DNA of 64,000 nucleotides from Limisphaerales bacterium (GTDB lineage Bacteria > Verrucomicrobiota > Verrucomicrobiia > Limisphaerales > JAJOIW01). The notes under the pieces were generated by a model. The model ran no database searches. It was given only the letters and a program-made list of their open reading frames with translations, and was not told the origin of the DNA. The position numbers and the translations under genes are program-made. The stretch spans positions 240,113-304,112 of the forward strand of contig CBFHOE010000007.1 in the NCBI GenBank assembly GCA_965657355.1. The letters run 5' to 3'. Below are positions 33,047-43,794 of this stretch, piece after piece. Positions within the stretch are counted from its first letter, which is position 1. Every line of letters begins with the position of its first letter.

Positions 33047-33271
33047 ATGGCAGAAAAAAACTCCCCCGAAGTCAAATGCCCCCAATGCAGTAAAAGAGGA
33101 AACTGGTTCGATGACCAGTGGGGCCCTTTTTGTTCAAGAAAGTGTAAACTTGTCGACCTGGGACAATGGCTTGACGAGGAGCACAAAATTGAATCAGAAC
33201 TAAAGCCAGACCATTTTGAAGGGTATGAAAATTTACCTCCTGGAAATTACTTGGACAATCCGGAGTCATAG
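33047..33271 (+). CDS. yacG: DNA gyrase inhibitor YacG
   Basis: CPQC...PFCSRKCKLVDLGQW zinc finger. Confidence 0.9.
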   Translation: MAEKNSPEVKCPQCSKRGNWFDDQWGPFCSRKCKLVDLGQWLDEEHKIESELKPDHFEGYENLPPGNYLDNPES

Positions 33272-33282
33272 GAAGAATTGTG

Positions 33283-34269
33283 ATGGGCCTCTCAAGAAAA
33301 AGATATGTCATTTTCAGTGACGTGCACTATGCAGGTCCGGCCGAAACAAGACGCGGACTCTCCGAGGATAAAATCAAAGCTCCGTTATACCAAAAAGCAT
33401 TTGTCAGCTTGTATCGAAATTTTCTTTGGCTCGCAGATCCAGTCTTTCACGCGAAAAGAATTCGCCCGCTTATCACAAAAATTAATAAGCTAAGTCCAGA
33501 TGAAATAATCTATCTGGGTGACCTTTCAATGGATACTGGCTTTGTCGGTATCTCGGACCACGCGTCGTTTGAGTCCGCTGAAGAATTTATTAACTTATGT
33601 CACTCTGAATTATCTTCGCCCATTCGTTGGGTCATGGGTGACCATGAATTAGGTAAAACGAGCATTATAGGAAAAATTGGAGGACCAAGGTTTGAAAGTA
33701 TGTCAAAATGGACAGACGCGCTTAATATGCCCATTCATTGGTCTTCAAAATGGAACCACTGGAAACTTATTTGCCTTTGTAGCACTTTAGCAGCTTATCC
33801 TGTCTACTCCCCAGAGTTTCTACCTAGTGAGTTAAAAGCGTGGGAGGCCGCCCGTCAGAATCACCTCAGCTGGATTAAAGATACTTTTGAGAATATTTCA
33901 AAAGAAGAAAGGGTAATCATTTTTTGTCACGATCCATCGGCTCTGGGGTATGTCTCTGAAATCAAGGAGGTCAGAGAAAAAATGAGCCAAATAGCAGTAA
34001 CATGGGTAGGCCATATGCATACATCAGCTGTAGCCCAGGCCGCACAGATTCTCTCAGGTGTCCCCGAGGTGTGCTCATTTGGTCATTCAATAAGAAGATT
34101 CACAGTTGCTCTAAATCGTGCTAAAGTTTGGAGGGATTTTAAAATGAAGCTTTGCCCTTCCCCTTCTGGATCCGAGCTTTTCAGAGATGGTGGCTTCTAT
34201 GAAATGACCCTTTTTGGGGAGGATGACAAACAGCACCCCACTTGTGTTTTTCACCCATTTCCATGGTAG
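33283..34269 (+). CDS. Calcineurin-like metallophosphoesterase
   Basis: SDVH, LGD, GDHE, CHDP, GHMH. Confidence 0.85.
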   Translation: MGLSRKRYVIFSDVHYAGPAETRRGLSEDKIKAPLYQKAFVSLYRNFLWLADPVFHAKRIRPLITKINKLSPDEIIYLGDLSMDTGFVGISDHASFESAEEFINLCHSELSSPIRWVMGDHELGKTSIIGKIGGPRFESMSKWTDALNMPIHWSSKWNHWKLICLCSTLAAYPVYSPEFLPSELKAWEAARQNHLSWIKDTFENISKEERVIIFCHDPSALGYVSEIKEVREKMSQIAVTWVGHMHTSAVAQAAQILSGVPEVCSFGHSIRRFTVALNRAKVWRDFKMKLCPSPSGSELFRDGGFYEMTLFGEDDKQHPTCVFHPFPW

Positions 34270-34317
34270 TATAAATCTACTGCCCCAAAGTCGAATAAAG
34301 CCAATGAGTTAATAGAT

Positions 34318-36213
34318 ATGAATATTAAGAAAAAGATTTTTCTATTAGTGGTTTGTGTCATGGCTTTGATCGGCCTCACAACATATTGGATGAAATCAAC
34401 CCGAAACACTTATCTCGCTTCAATTGAATTTGAAAAGAAACTCCCTGAAGTAGGACGGCCGGGAGGATACGTCTCATCATCTCAATGCAAGTCATGTCAC
34501 CCAGAACAATATAGCACCTGGCACGACACCTACCATAGGACTATGACCCAGCACGCGTCTGAGGAAACCGTGCTTGGCGATTTTAATAATGTTATTCTAT
34601 ATGACGCAGACTTCGCCTATCAGCTCGTTAGCAATAAAGATGGGTATTTCGTCGATGTCTATGCTTTTCCGAAAGGTATTGAACCTGATCTGAACAAATA
34701 TAAAGAAATTGCAAAACTGGAGAATCGATATCAAGTAGGTCTTTTGACGGGTTCGCATAACATGCAGGTGTGCTGGTTGACTTCTGAAAACGGAAACCTT
34801 CAAAAGATTTTTCCTTTCGCATGGCTTATTTCCGATAAACGTTGGGTTCCAAGAAAAGACATCTTCTTAAGAGATCCAAAACTACCAATGAAATTACAGG
34901 TTTGGAATAATAGCTGCTACCGATGTCATAGCACGGCTGCCCAACCTTTGCCGAATCTAGAGACAGGGGCGGCTCACTCTAAGGTAGCTGAAACTGGAAT
35001 AGGTTGCGAAGCTTGTCACGGTCCGGGAAAAGAGCATATAGATTTTTACTCCAACCCTTTAGAGAGATACTCCAGACGCAATAAAAGTCAGGATGCCCAT
35101 TTAGGTAAAAGTGATTATAAAAACTTCATCACTAACCCAGCAAAACTTAATAGCAAACTCTCGTCTCATACTTGTGCTCAATGCCACAGTGTAAAGTGGT
35201 TCGTAGACGGGCCTGAATTGTGGAAAACAGGTTTTTCTTTTAAACCAGGAGACGATCTCAACGAACGCACACCAGTAGTGAGACCAACCCAAATCGAAAA
35301 CCAACCGTGGCTGCACTCATTGATAAAAAAATCTCCAGATATTCTCCATAGACAATTTTGGCCAGATGGCCAAATCCGGGTCTCCGGAAGGGAATTCAAT
35401 GGAATGGTAGAGAGTGAATGCTACCAAAAAAGCGAACTTTCGTGCCTCGATTGCCACCAAATGCACGGGGCCAACCCTGTCAACCAGCTGTCAGAAGGAA
35501 TGAGTTCAAACCAGGCGTGCGCAAAGTGCCACTCAAATATCACCCAGAACGTTTCCGAGCATAGCAGGCATCCTGCAGATTCGCCCGGGTCACATTGTTA
35601 CAATTGTCACATGCCTCATACAGTTTATGGGCTTTTAAAGGCAATGAGAAGTCACGAGATCGATTCGCCATCTGTTGGCGACCAGATGGCATCGCAGCGA
35701 CCAAATGCATGTTCACTATGCCATTTGGACAAACCCCTATCCTGGGTCTCTGAAAATCTTGGCAATTGGTATGAACAAGAAAAACCAGAATTAACAAAAG
35801 ACCAAAAAAATATTCCGGAAGGACTCAGAATGGCTTTATCTGGGGACCCAAACCAAAGAGCACTGATCGCCTGGCACCTGGGATGGGAGCCAGCGATAAA
35901 AGCGTCATATCAAAACTGGTTTATCCCGCTATTATTTGAGCTCTTTAAGGATGAGTATTCGGCGATCAGATATATTGCAGGGAAAGGAATCAACCGCCTC
36001 ATTCCAGAAGCCCCCTTATTAGATTATGTGGCAAAAACACAATTAAGAAACGCCTCACTGTTAATTGCAAAAAAGCTCTTCCAGAAAAACCTTATCGAAA
36101 ACGAGACTGAACTTCAGTGGCTGAGCAGTGAATCATATGGCGAGATTGAAACATCACTCTTAAAACGCCTTAGAAACCTCCGACCTAAAAAATCAATGCA
36201 ATTAGTCGAGTGA
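34318..36213 (+). CDS. Membrane-anchored octaheme c-type cytochrome
   Basis: Eight CxxCH motifs (CKSCH, CYRCH, CEACH, CAQCH, CLDCH, CAKCH, CYNCH, CSLCH); N-terminal TM/signal. Confidence 0.9.
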   Translation: MNIKKKIFLLVVCVMALIGLTTYWMKSTRNTYLASIEFEKKLPEVGRPGGYVSSSQCKSCHPEQYSTWHDTYHRTMTQHASEETVLGDFNNVILYDADFAYQLVSNKDGYFVDVYAFPKGIEPDLNKYKEIAKLENRYQVGLLTGSHNMQVCWLTSENGNLQKIFPFAWLISDKRWVPRKDIFLRDPKLPMKLQVWNNSCYRCHSTAAQPLPNLETGAAHSKVAETGIGCEACHGPGKEHIDFYSNPLERYSRRNKSQDAHLGKSDYKNFITNPAKLNSKLSSHTCAQCHSVKWFVDGPELWKTGFSFKPGDDLNERTPVVRPTQIENQPWLHSLIKKSPDILHRQFWPDGQIRVSGREFNGMVESECYQKSELSCLDCHQMHGANPVNQLSEGMSSNQACAKCHSNITQNVSEHSRHPADSPGSHCYNCHMPHTVYGLLKAMRSHEIDSPSVGDQMASQRPNACSLCHLDKPLSWVSENLGNWYEQEKPELTKDQKNIPEGLRMALSGDPNQRALIAWHLGWEPAIKASYQNWFIPLLFELFKDEYSAIRYIAGKGINRLIPEAPLLDYVAKTQLRNASLLIAKKLFQKNLIENETELQWLSSESYGEIETSLLKRLRNLRPKKSMQLVE

Positions 36214-36252
36214 TAGATTGCATATCACTATAACTCGATTAAAATTAGAAAA

Positions 36253-36495
36253 ATGACCAAAAAAGTGATAACTAAACGATTTCCGATCGAAAAGTTCCTA
36301 ATTATGTTTGTAGTCATTGGGCTCTTCATCACTGTAATAGTTGTCTCAGCTAATTTTTACTTAAATCCCCCGGGTGGCGAACGAGAATCCATGTTTGTTG
36401 ATGATCCAAATATGACTAACAACCCAGCGGCTACAATTTCACTACAAAAGAAAAACCAGGAAAATAATCTACCCATTATCCTCAAGCAAAAGTAA
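36253..36495 (+). CDS. Small hypothetical single-TM protein
   Basis: 80-aa ORF in operon orientation with one hydrophobic helix. Confidence 0.5.
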   Translation: MTKKVITKRFPIEKFLIMFVVIGLFITVIVVSANFYLNPPGGERESMFVDDPNMTNNPAATISLQKKNQENNLPIILKQK

Positions 36496-36510
36496 TAGTC
36501 TTTCAAAACT

Positions 36511-37362
36511 ATGGAAGGCTTCCCATTCGCAACGCTGCTTCTTTCAGCTTTTATTGCATGGGTCACCAACAAATGCTTTAAAGATCCGAGACTGCGCTCT
36601 CAGCTCATACTTGATAACTCAGCTGTCCGGCTGAGGAAAAATTTTTACAGATTAATCACCAGTGGTTTATTACACCGTGATTGGAAACACTTTGCCCTCA
36701 ATGTTATAGGTATTTTTATTTGGGGCCACTCACTGGAAATACATTCGCAAAGATGGGGCTTACTGTTGGTTTTTTTTGTTTCTGTCATTGGTGGTAATAC
36801 ATACTCACTATATCGAAATTGGAATAAGGAATACGTAGCCCTTGGAGCTTCAGGTGGGTGTCTCGGAATCGTCTTCTGCCATTGTCAGCTCCTGGGCGGA
36901 AATATTAGCCCCATGCTGACACCAGGGTTTAGTATACCATCATATGTTTTTGCAATCGCTTACCTGATTGTCAGTTTTATTGCTATGCGAAGAAATGCCG
37001 CTGATGACAATGTCGGTCACGAGGCGCATATAGGTGGTGCCTTAACTGGCTTCTTGTGCGCGTTTGTCATTAACCCAGATTCTTTAAATCAAAACCCCGA
37101 GTTTTTCTATTCTATTATCGGACTGGTATGCATGGCTCTGTTTATTTGGTTTTGGAAAAATCAAACTGAATCATCTTTTTTAAATCTAAAAAATGAAAAA
37201 CCAAAAGGATCTACTAGGCATCGGGACTATGACCAGGCAATAGAACGATACAAAACAAAAAAAGAGATTGATGCTCTTTTAGATAAAGTTTCGAAAAAAG
37301 GCTTTGAGTCACTGAGCCCTCGGGAGAAATTCCGACTAGAAGAATTATCGAGAAAAATTTAA
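36511..37362 (+). CDS. Rhomboid intramembrane serine protease with C-terminal soluble tail
   Basis: YRLITSGLLH..HFALN, GASG, AHIGG; IDALLDKVS..G.ESLS tail. Confidence 0.9.
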   Translation: MEGFPFATLLLSAFIAWVTNKCFKDPRLRSQLILDNSAVRLRKNFYRLITSGLLHRDWKHFALNVIGIFIWGHSLEIHSQRWGLLLVFFVSVIGGNTYSLYRNWNKEYVALGASGGCLGIVFCHCQLLGGNISPMLTPGFSIPSYVFAIAYLIVSFIAMRRNAADDNVGHEAHIGGALTGFLCAFVINPDSLNQNPEFFYSIIGLVCMALFIWFWKNQTESSFLNLKNEKPKGSTRHRDYDQAIERYKTKKEIDALLDKVSKKGFESLSPREKFRLEELSRKI

Positions 37363-37388
37363 TGCGGTGATCACAACACGTGAGATTT

Positions 37389-37922
37389 TTACCAATCGAC
37401 AATCGCGTTCTGGATTTGCCCAAACTTATTTTGGTAAAATACCATTTTATTTTGTTGTCCAAACTCATGAACCATTTTCGTGAGTTTGACATCAAAACAA
37501 CAATACTCAGCAATTTTTAAGAATTCCTTTTGCTGATACCAACGAATGGCTTGTAGTCCATCGGCGGTCTTTTCGGCTCCAAAAGTGGCGGATGCAACAG
37601 CATCCAAAGAAAGACGATGATGAACAGCCTCTTGGAGTGAAACTAAAAGATCTAATGTAGGAAGTTGTCTTAGATCTAAAATCGTATAGCCATGTAGAAC
37701 TTCGTAATCAAACCTAAGAATATTAAAGCCGCACACGAGATCAGCGCGCTGAAGTTCATCGATCATTTCATCAATTCTATCCTCGGAATAGATGGTATAT
37801 TCACCTGGCCCGGTATTGTATGTCACGGCCACGCTCACCCCCATATCCCGAGCATTATTCCACCCGCCTACATCGTTTGCAGACCGCTTTGTTTCGACAT
37901 CAAAATAAATAATGTTAGCCAT
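37389..37922 (-). CDS. RNase H-like (RNase_H_2/YprB-type) exonuclease-domain protein
   Basis: FDVET, GFNILRFD, SLD, YCCFDV acidic motifs. Confidence 0.82.
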   Translation of the reverse strand: MANIIYFDVETKRSANDVGGWNNARDMGVSVAVTYNTGPGEYTIYSEDRIDEMIDELQRADLVCGFNILRFDYEVLHGYTILDLRQLPTLDLLVSLQEAVHHRLSLDAVASATFGAEKTADGLQAIRWYQQKEFLKIAEYCCFDVKLTKMVHEFGQQNKMVFYQNKFGQIQNAIVDW

Positions 37923-37954
37923 TAAAAAACAAGGTGAACATTCTTTTAAATCTC

Positions 37955-38821
37955 TTATGAATAGTCATCCAAAGAATGAGTGTATCCAGGTTCTTCTGTA
38001 AAACCGGACGGATTCGCGTAGAGACTCAGGTATTTCAGGGAAACCTCAAAATCCTTTGGTAAAGGCGATTCGACCGTCATCATTTCATCACTGAATAGTT
38101 TTTTGAGACTAATTTTGGAGGCATGAATCGCTGCCCTGGACATTAATGGACGTTCAGTTTTATTTCTCTTAAGACGATATTTAGGTTTTAAACGGGACAA
38201 TAAGAGTGGGCCTCCATTGTATGTTTGATCACCAACTAAGGACGGGCCTAAATACCTCATATGAACACGCGCCTGATGCTGTCTATTGGGACTACATCTT
38301 GCTCTAACAACAGAATAACCCATGAAGTGTTCAACGACCTCAAAATGAGTCTTGGCCTTTTTCCCTCTCGATTTACTAACACAATATACTCCGGGTCGCT
38401 TACCATGTGGGGCTATCTTTGCTTCAACTGAAAATTCATCTTCAACAGGTGTCCCTTGGATTATCAGCTGGTAATCAATCATAAAATCATGGGAAAAAAA
38501 CTGATCATGAACGAGTACACATGCCTCCTCACTTTTACCCAAAATCAAAACCCCGCTTGCCTCTGAGTCTAATTCTTGTGCGGGCTTTAGAAAAGTAATG
38601 CCCCTGTCAACAGTCCATTGAACCTTCCTGTCAATGTGATCTACCAGCAAAAGATTCAGTGCTGGAATATGAGGATCCAGCTCATCAGGCCTTGTGTATA
38701 ATCCACTGGGTTTGTCGATGACCATCAAATGATTATCCTCATAAAGCACGGGGATTTCCCAATAGTCTCGCGTTTTCCTAGAGGATATTTTAATGACGTT
38801 TTTTTGCGCTTTTAAACCCAC
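37955..38821 (-). CDS. RluA-family pseudouridine synthase homolog with divergent active site
   Basis: VLYED..LMVIDKPSG, LD.E.SG, HQARVH, LVGD.TY, P.DF. Confidence 0.85.
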   Translation of the reverse strand: MGLKAQKNVIKISSRKTRDYWEIPVLYEDNHLMVIDKPSGLYTRPDELDPHIPALNLLLVDHIDRKVQWTVDRGITFLKPAQELDSEASGVLILGKSEEACVLVHDQFFSHDFMIDYQLIIQGTPVEDEFSVEAKIAPHGKRPGVYCVSKSRGKKAKTHFEVVEHFMGYSVVRARCSPNRQHQARVHMRYLGPSLVGDQTYNGGPLLLSRLKPKYRLKRNKTERPLMSRAAIHASKISLKKLFSDEMMTVESPLPKDFEVSLKYLSLYANPSGFTEEPGYTHSLDDYS

Positions 38822-38942
38822 TCTCCTTGCCTCCTTAATTCATGTTCGATTAATTCCCAGCCCGGGATTTTATTTTTTTATCCGCAGCCACAAATGGTCA
38901 CATCGGGAACAATCTATCATTGCTACATTCATCATAAAGTAA

Positions 38943-38971
38943 AAAAAGACCTGATTACTTCAGGTCTTTTT
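38943..38971. terminator. Hairpin terminator with A and T flanks
   Basis: AAAAAGACCTGA-TTACT-TCAGGTCTTTTT, downstream of the SurA/PpiD-like gene. Confidence 0.75.
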
Positions 38972-38997
38972 AAGTTTTGAAATCGAATGACGTGTAA

Positions 38998-40689
38998 TTA
39001 CTCTTTTTCCTGTCCCTCGTTCATGAGGCCCGATTCTGACATTTTCTTTTGAATCCAATCAGGGAAACCACCGGTGCCGAGCCGCATCTGGGTTTGTATA
39101 CGCGGTATTGAGTTCGTGTAGTCGAGTTCCACTTGTTCCATCGAGGGCTCTTTCAATTCAACTAATTGAACAATGTAGCCATTTTGCCCGCTTGGAATGA
39201 ACTCACTCACTTCACCTTCTCCCAAACCAAAAGCTGTGTTTTTAATCGTTCCGAGGCTTACGGCAGCTTTAAAATTTGTCAGGGTAGTTGTCTGAATATC
39301 AAATTCAGGAATAGCGATGAATTCGTATCCAGCGTTGGTCACAACTTGCTCGAAAGATTTTGATTTGTCGGATAGCTCGTTGGTCAATGTGAGATAAAAT
39401 GATTCCCCAGCTTCGCGAAGAAGTTCCCTGACCTTATCTCTCCGATAACCCGATTCAACTCTACCCTTAACATCAATGTATGGCTGAACCTCGCTCGATT
39501 TAACGTCTTCAAGCCCCATAAAAAACCAACTATCTTTTGATTCTAATGGTTCATTGGGAAAGGGCTCTTCGAGTGTTAATCTAAAAGCCGTTGAATTTGC
39601 TTCCGCACTGACATCGATGGCTGTTTTAACGCCGTCCGGACCTGGGTTTTTTGTTCCTATGCGACCAAACTGATTAAAATAATCTGAATCAACAGGATTG
39701 AGTCCTCTCAATAAAGCTTGCCCCTTAAACACGGCGAGTTTGTTCGTCCCTACAACATTAGTCGAAGCGGTTTGCTCGATGATTTCTTTGGTAAAAGCAT
39801 AAGCGTCTTTTTTTGCCAGCAACTTGGCCCGCGGTAAAAGCAGATCACTCTTAATTTTTGCTTTTGCATCAGCTTCAGGAGTTGGATTTCCGTCCTCGCC
39901 CAGGAGGGTATCCTTGGTTAATTGATATTCATCGTCAACAAGCTGCTGAAGCCCATCAAATTCCGATTCAGCTTCACTAAAATAATTTGTTGCCGCAAAT
40001 TCAACAAATGTAGCGGCCCTAGTCTCAGTCGTCCTATACGAAGGCATATTGTTCGTGTAATATTGCATCAACTCGGCCTCCACTAGATCGACCTTGTCGG
40101 TGAAGTTCGTACCTTTGAAAACGGCTAAGTTGGCAATAGCTTTGCGCTTTTCACGCCGCGACATTTCCTTACCTTCCATAGGTGTTACCATGGTGTCCGC
40201 GAGAGCAATTGTGCCTGCAAGCTGGCGAATTCCTAGATTCTGCCTGATAAATTCATGCAAATCGCTTTCTCTGATACCGCGTGGAAGTGCAGCAACAACG
40301 TTGGTGTAAAAGGACCTACTAAAAGTTCCCGTAGTAGGGTCTTTAAAAATACTTTTAATCTCCTTTACAACCGACTGCTTTGGCACTTCTATTTCCAAAT
40401 CTTCCAGCTTTTTAGCAACAATGAGTCTGGTGTATACCTCGCGCTGCTCGGCATCATTATCAGCTTGGCGATTGGAAAATAATCGAAGCGATATAGTAGC
40501 CATTTTCTGAGCTTTGATTAAATCATCCTGGGTCACAACCTCCCCGTCGATAGGTCCAACTCCTACATTTCCGCCTCTTAGCATACTCATCGGATCCCCA
40601 CCAGGAATCATGAAAATAACAAAACTAGCTATCACCAAGAATAACAGTACCCCACCAAGCAGCTGATGTTTTCGTATAAATTGAAGCAT
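38998..40689 (-). CDS. SurA-N/PpiD-like membrane-anchored periplasmic chaperone
   Basis: MLQFIRKH plus TM start, GPIDGEVV, YYTNN, AFGL..GEVSE.I; typical PpiD layout. Confidence 0.75.
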   Translation of the reverse strand: MLQFIRKHQLLGGVLLFLVIASFVIFMIPGGDPMSMLRGGNVGVGPIDGEVVTQDDLIKAQKMATISLRLFSNRQADNDAEQREVYTRLIVAKKLEDLEIEVPKQSVVKEIKSIFKDPTTGTFSRSFYTNVVAALPRGIRESDLHEFIRQNLGIRQLAGTIALADTMVTPMEGKEMSRREKRKAIANLAVFKGTNFTDKVDLVEAELMQYYTNNMPSYRTTETRAATFVEFAATNYFSEAESEFDGLQQLVDDEYQLTKDTLLGEDGNPTPEADAKAKIKSDLLLPRAKLLAKKDAYAFTKEIIEQTASTNVVGTNKLAVFKGQALLRGLNPVDSDYFNQFGRIGTKNPGPDGVKTAIDVSAEANSTAFRLTLEEPFPNEPLESKDSWFFMGLEDVKSSEVQPYIDVKGRVESGYRRDKVRELLREAGESFYLTLTNELSDKSKSFEQVVTNAGYEFIAIPEFDIQTTTLTNFKAAVSLGTIKNTAFGLGEGEVSEFIPSGQNGYIVQLVELKEPSMEQVELDYTNSIPRIQTQMRLGTGGFPDWIQKKMSESGLMNEGQEKE

Positions 40690-40842
40690 ATTCTCTTCTT
40701 TTTGGACCGAGAAAACTATCCGCTGCAGCCAACTTGGTCAAACTCAAAAGAACGCCCTCAAGTCATTCCGGTCACGATATCCATCATTTTCATCTGATTT
40801 TCTGGCATTTGGAGTTCCTCTTTGGTCTAATGACGACGAGAA

Positions 40843-41919
40843 ATGCCTGATTCTAATACTTTCGATTCCCAAATCGGCCTTGCTCTGGCCGACCAGTGGA
40901 ATTTTTTCAATAATTATTATCTATCAGATCAACTCCGTGAACCCTCATTCACACTTTTTGAAGGCACGTCTCAATTTGGTTATTGGGCCCCAGAAAGCAG
41001 AATTATTGGAATTTCCAAGCCCCATATTAAGGAGCACTCTTGGACGAGAGTCATGGAAACCCTCAAACATGAAATGGCTCACCAATACGCTTCAGAGGTA
41101 TTGCAGGGAGAAAAAGAACCACCGCACGGAGACGCTTTTAAATATGCCTGTCATAAACTCAGAATTTCCTCAAAAGCGAAAGAATCTTGGTATTTCCAAA
41201 ATCTCTCAGATTCCCAAAGCGCCCAAAATCCTGTCATTGCAAAAGTTTCTAAACTTCTCTCATTAGCCCAAAGCCCGAATGAAAACGAGGCCCAATCCGC
41301 AATGAAAAAAGCAAGAGAACTGCTTCTCCGGTATCAAATCAATGAGGGCGAAATCGACAGCAGCACAAACACCTACCAATTTTTAGAGATCGGCCCAGCT
41401 AAATTAAAATTTTCCAAATGGGAGAAAAAACTAATGTCCATTTTACAAGATTATTTCTTCGTAAAAATTATTTGGATCCCCTCACTAGTAAAGTCAAAGT
41501 TGAAAATAGGCTCCGTACCACTTGCCCATGGGTCCAATGCAAACCTGGCTATGGCGGATTATGTCTATGATTATTTTTGCAAACTTCTACCAAAACTTTG
41601 GAAAGACTTTAAACAATCATCCAATTTGACATCCGACAGACCAAGAATGGACTATTACCTCGGCGTCACATATGGGTTCGCGGAAAAATTGTCTGAACAA
41701 AATAAGCAATTAGCATCCTCTAAATCGCTTGTCTGGTCGGGTGATCCGAACCTTGACGAATTTTATTATAATATCCACCCACATATTCAGGTTCGCAGAT
41801 CTTCACAAAATCAGGTCCATGAATCCTTCCGCGACGGTCAACAGAGAGGCCGAGCAGTCACGCTTAATAAACCAATAGTCTCGTCACAGGACAGTAGCTC
41901 GACCAAGCTTTTGTCCTGA
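40843..41919 (+). CDS. SprT-like metalloprotease fused to DUF2786
   Basis: TLKHEMAHQ (HExxH), PHGDAF; KVSKLLSLAQSPNENEAQSA (DUF2786). Confidence 0.82.
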   Translation: MPDSNTFDSQIGLALADQWNFFNNYYLSDQLREPSFTLFEGTSQFGYWAPESRIIGISKPHIKEHSWTRVMETLKHEMAHQYASEVLQGEKEPPHGDAFKYACHKLRISSKAKESWYFQNLSDSQSAQNPVIAKVSKLLSLAQSPNENEAQSAMKKARELLLRYQINEGEIDSSTNTYQFLEIGPAKLKFSKWEKKLMSILQDYFFVKIIWIPSLVKSKLKIGSVPLAHGSNANLAMADYVYDYFCKLLPKLWKDFKQSSNLTSDRPRMDYYLGVTYGFAEKLSEQNKQLASSKSLVWSGDPNLDEFYYNIHPHIQVRRSSQNQVHESFRDGQQRGRAVTLNKPIVSSQDSSSTKLLS

Positions 41920-42253
41920 TATCATCTTTTATGCTTCAATAAAAGCGCCCCGCATTATTCACCTTCTTTTTGAAAAATCTCTCGGATCTACTTTATTCTT
42001 ACTTAATCCCTCTTAAAATTTTTCTACAAAACCACGGTTTCGAATCTGGAAACCAGAACAAGAACATCTTTTTGGATCATCAGCACCGCGACCTCTCTCA
42101 AATAATCACTACTCCTTACTTCCAGGTATAATTAATCCCCAATAATATTATTAAAAGAATAGAATTATTGGGACCAGACAGTAGTGATTAAACATGAGGT
42201 CTTTAGCTTAAGTCCTAAAAAGGAAAATAACCTGTCGAAAGGGAGATAATGTA

Positions 42254-43039
42254 TCAATCGTCTCCGTCGAAAAAGTTGCCACCTAAAAGTGATCCTTCAC
42301 CTCTGCTTTTTCCTCCAGCCGAGGGGGCTGAAGATATTATTCGGTCAGCCATTCTGCTGAATGGCAAGCTCTGCAGCCAAACTTTGCCACTTCCTTGAAG
42401 TGATGCCAGAAAAAGACCCTCGCCGCCGAAAACCATTGATTTTAAGCCCCCTGATTTTTGTATATCATATTCGATTCCGTCTGAATATCCGACTATGCAA
42501 CCTGTATCTACCAGGATTTTTTCACCATGTAATTCTTTTTCGATGACGGTTCCACCCGCATGGACAAAAGCCATGCCGTCTCCTTCAAGTTTTTGAAGGA
42601 TAAATCCCTCTCCCCCGAAAAATCCAGTTCCTATTTTTTTGTTAAGGGCGATTGAAACCTTGGTTCCCATGGCGGCGCATAGAAAAGCATCTTTCTGACA
42701 CAAGAAACGGCCACCAATGTCTTGAAGGTTTATCGGGATAATGCTGCCAGGATAAGGAGCGGAGAAGGCAACTCTTTTTTTTCCGACGCTATCATTGGTA
42801 AAGTGAGTCATGAAAATGGACTCGCCGGTTAATAATCGTTTTCCGGCTCCCAAAATTTTTCCGAATACTCCCTTTTCGACAGAGGAACCATCTCCCATTT
42901 TAGCTTGAAAATTGATGCCGTCGTCCATGTAATTCATAGCACCAGCTTCAGCAATAACAGTTTCCTGAGGATCGAGCTCAACTTCAACAAGCTGCATATC
43001 ATCACCGAAGATTTCATAATCTACTTCATGACTATTCAT
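42254..43039 (-). CDS. TIGR00266/AIM24 family protein
   Basis: [39 protein letters not shown]. Confidence 0.92.
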   Translation of the reverse strand: MNSHEVDYEIFGDDMQLVEVELDPQETVIAEAGAMNYMDDGINFQAKMGDGSSVEKGVFGKILGAGKRLLTGESIFMTHFTNDSVGKKRVAFSAPYPGSIIPINLQDIGGRFLCQKDAFLCAAMGTKVSIALNKKIGTGFFGGEGFILQKLEGDGMAFVHAGGTVIEKELHGEKILVDTGCIVGYSDGIEYDIQKSGGLKSMVFGGEGLFLASLQGSGKVWLQSLPFSRMADRIISSAPSAGGKSRGEGSLLGGNFFDGDD

Positions 43040-43458
43040 TGCTAAGACCCTATAATAAATATGGAAAAATGCAGTTATAATTAATGAGAAATTTTATAAT
43101 TTTGACTCGAAGACAAATCATAAGAGAGCTGTATCATTTTTTTCCGAAACTATTTATTCGATCTCAAAAAAACTGGCTTGAATTTTCAATAAGGTAGATA
43201 AAAAGCACAATAAGCTCAGCGGCAAGTCCGTGTACGTAATGATCAGTTTATAATTTAAGGAAACAGAACCACTGTGGCCCTAAAAAAAATGTAATGTTAT
43301 GAGAACCATCAAAGTGAGGTGTCATTTAATCCTGCTCATTTTCCGGAGTGGAACGTATCGAATGCCATCATAAGAAACAAGCGCTGCTCTCTGAAGCTAA
43401 AAGAAAGCCGCAAAAACTCTAGGACCTTGGAAGATTATTAATCATTCGAATTTGTTTC

Positions 43459-43486
43459 TTGATCCTAGTTTGATTTCAATCATAAT
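43459..43486 (+). promoter_or_regulatory. Putative sigma70 promoter of tRNA-Leu
   Basis: TTGATC-N16-CATAAT about 20 nt upstream of the tRNA. Confidence 0.4.
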
Positions 43487-43505
43487 GAGCCTAACTGTCC
43501 CACTA

Positions 43506-43592
43506 GCCGAAGTGGCGGAATTGGCAGACGCAGGAGACTTAAAATCTCCCGATGGTGACATCGTGCGGGTTCAAGTCCCGCCTTCGGCACCA
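43506..43592 (+). tRNA. tRNA-Leu (anticodon TAA)
   Basis: Acceptor GCCGAAG/CTTCGGC, anticodon arm GGAGA-CTTAAAA-TCTCC, long variable arm, TTCAAGT T-loop, encoded CCA. Confidence 0.97.
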
Positions 43593-43668
43593 ATAATCCC
43601 CTACAACCACAACACTTTTCGGTATTCGCATTGATTTTTTCCCAAATTTTTCCCTATCATTTTGAGGC

Positions 43669-43785
43669 ATGACCAAGAAATTCAAAGTCGGATCTGCAGT
43701 ATTCGCAATGTCAAAAATCAGGCGAAAAACAGGCTCCAGAGAGTATGAATATGTGCGCCTCAGATGGTCTGAATGTGGCAGTCAA
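43669..43785 (+). pseudogene. Probable N-terminal stub of a tyrosine integrase
   Basis: MTKKFKVGSAVFAMSKIRRKTGSREYEYVRLRWSECG, a basic arm-binding-like N-terminus 76 nt after the tRNA, cut off where the ankyrin gene ends. Confidence 0.5.
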
Positions 43786-43794
43786 ATTGATTTT

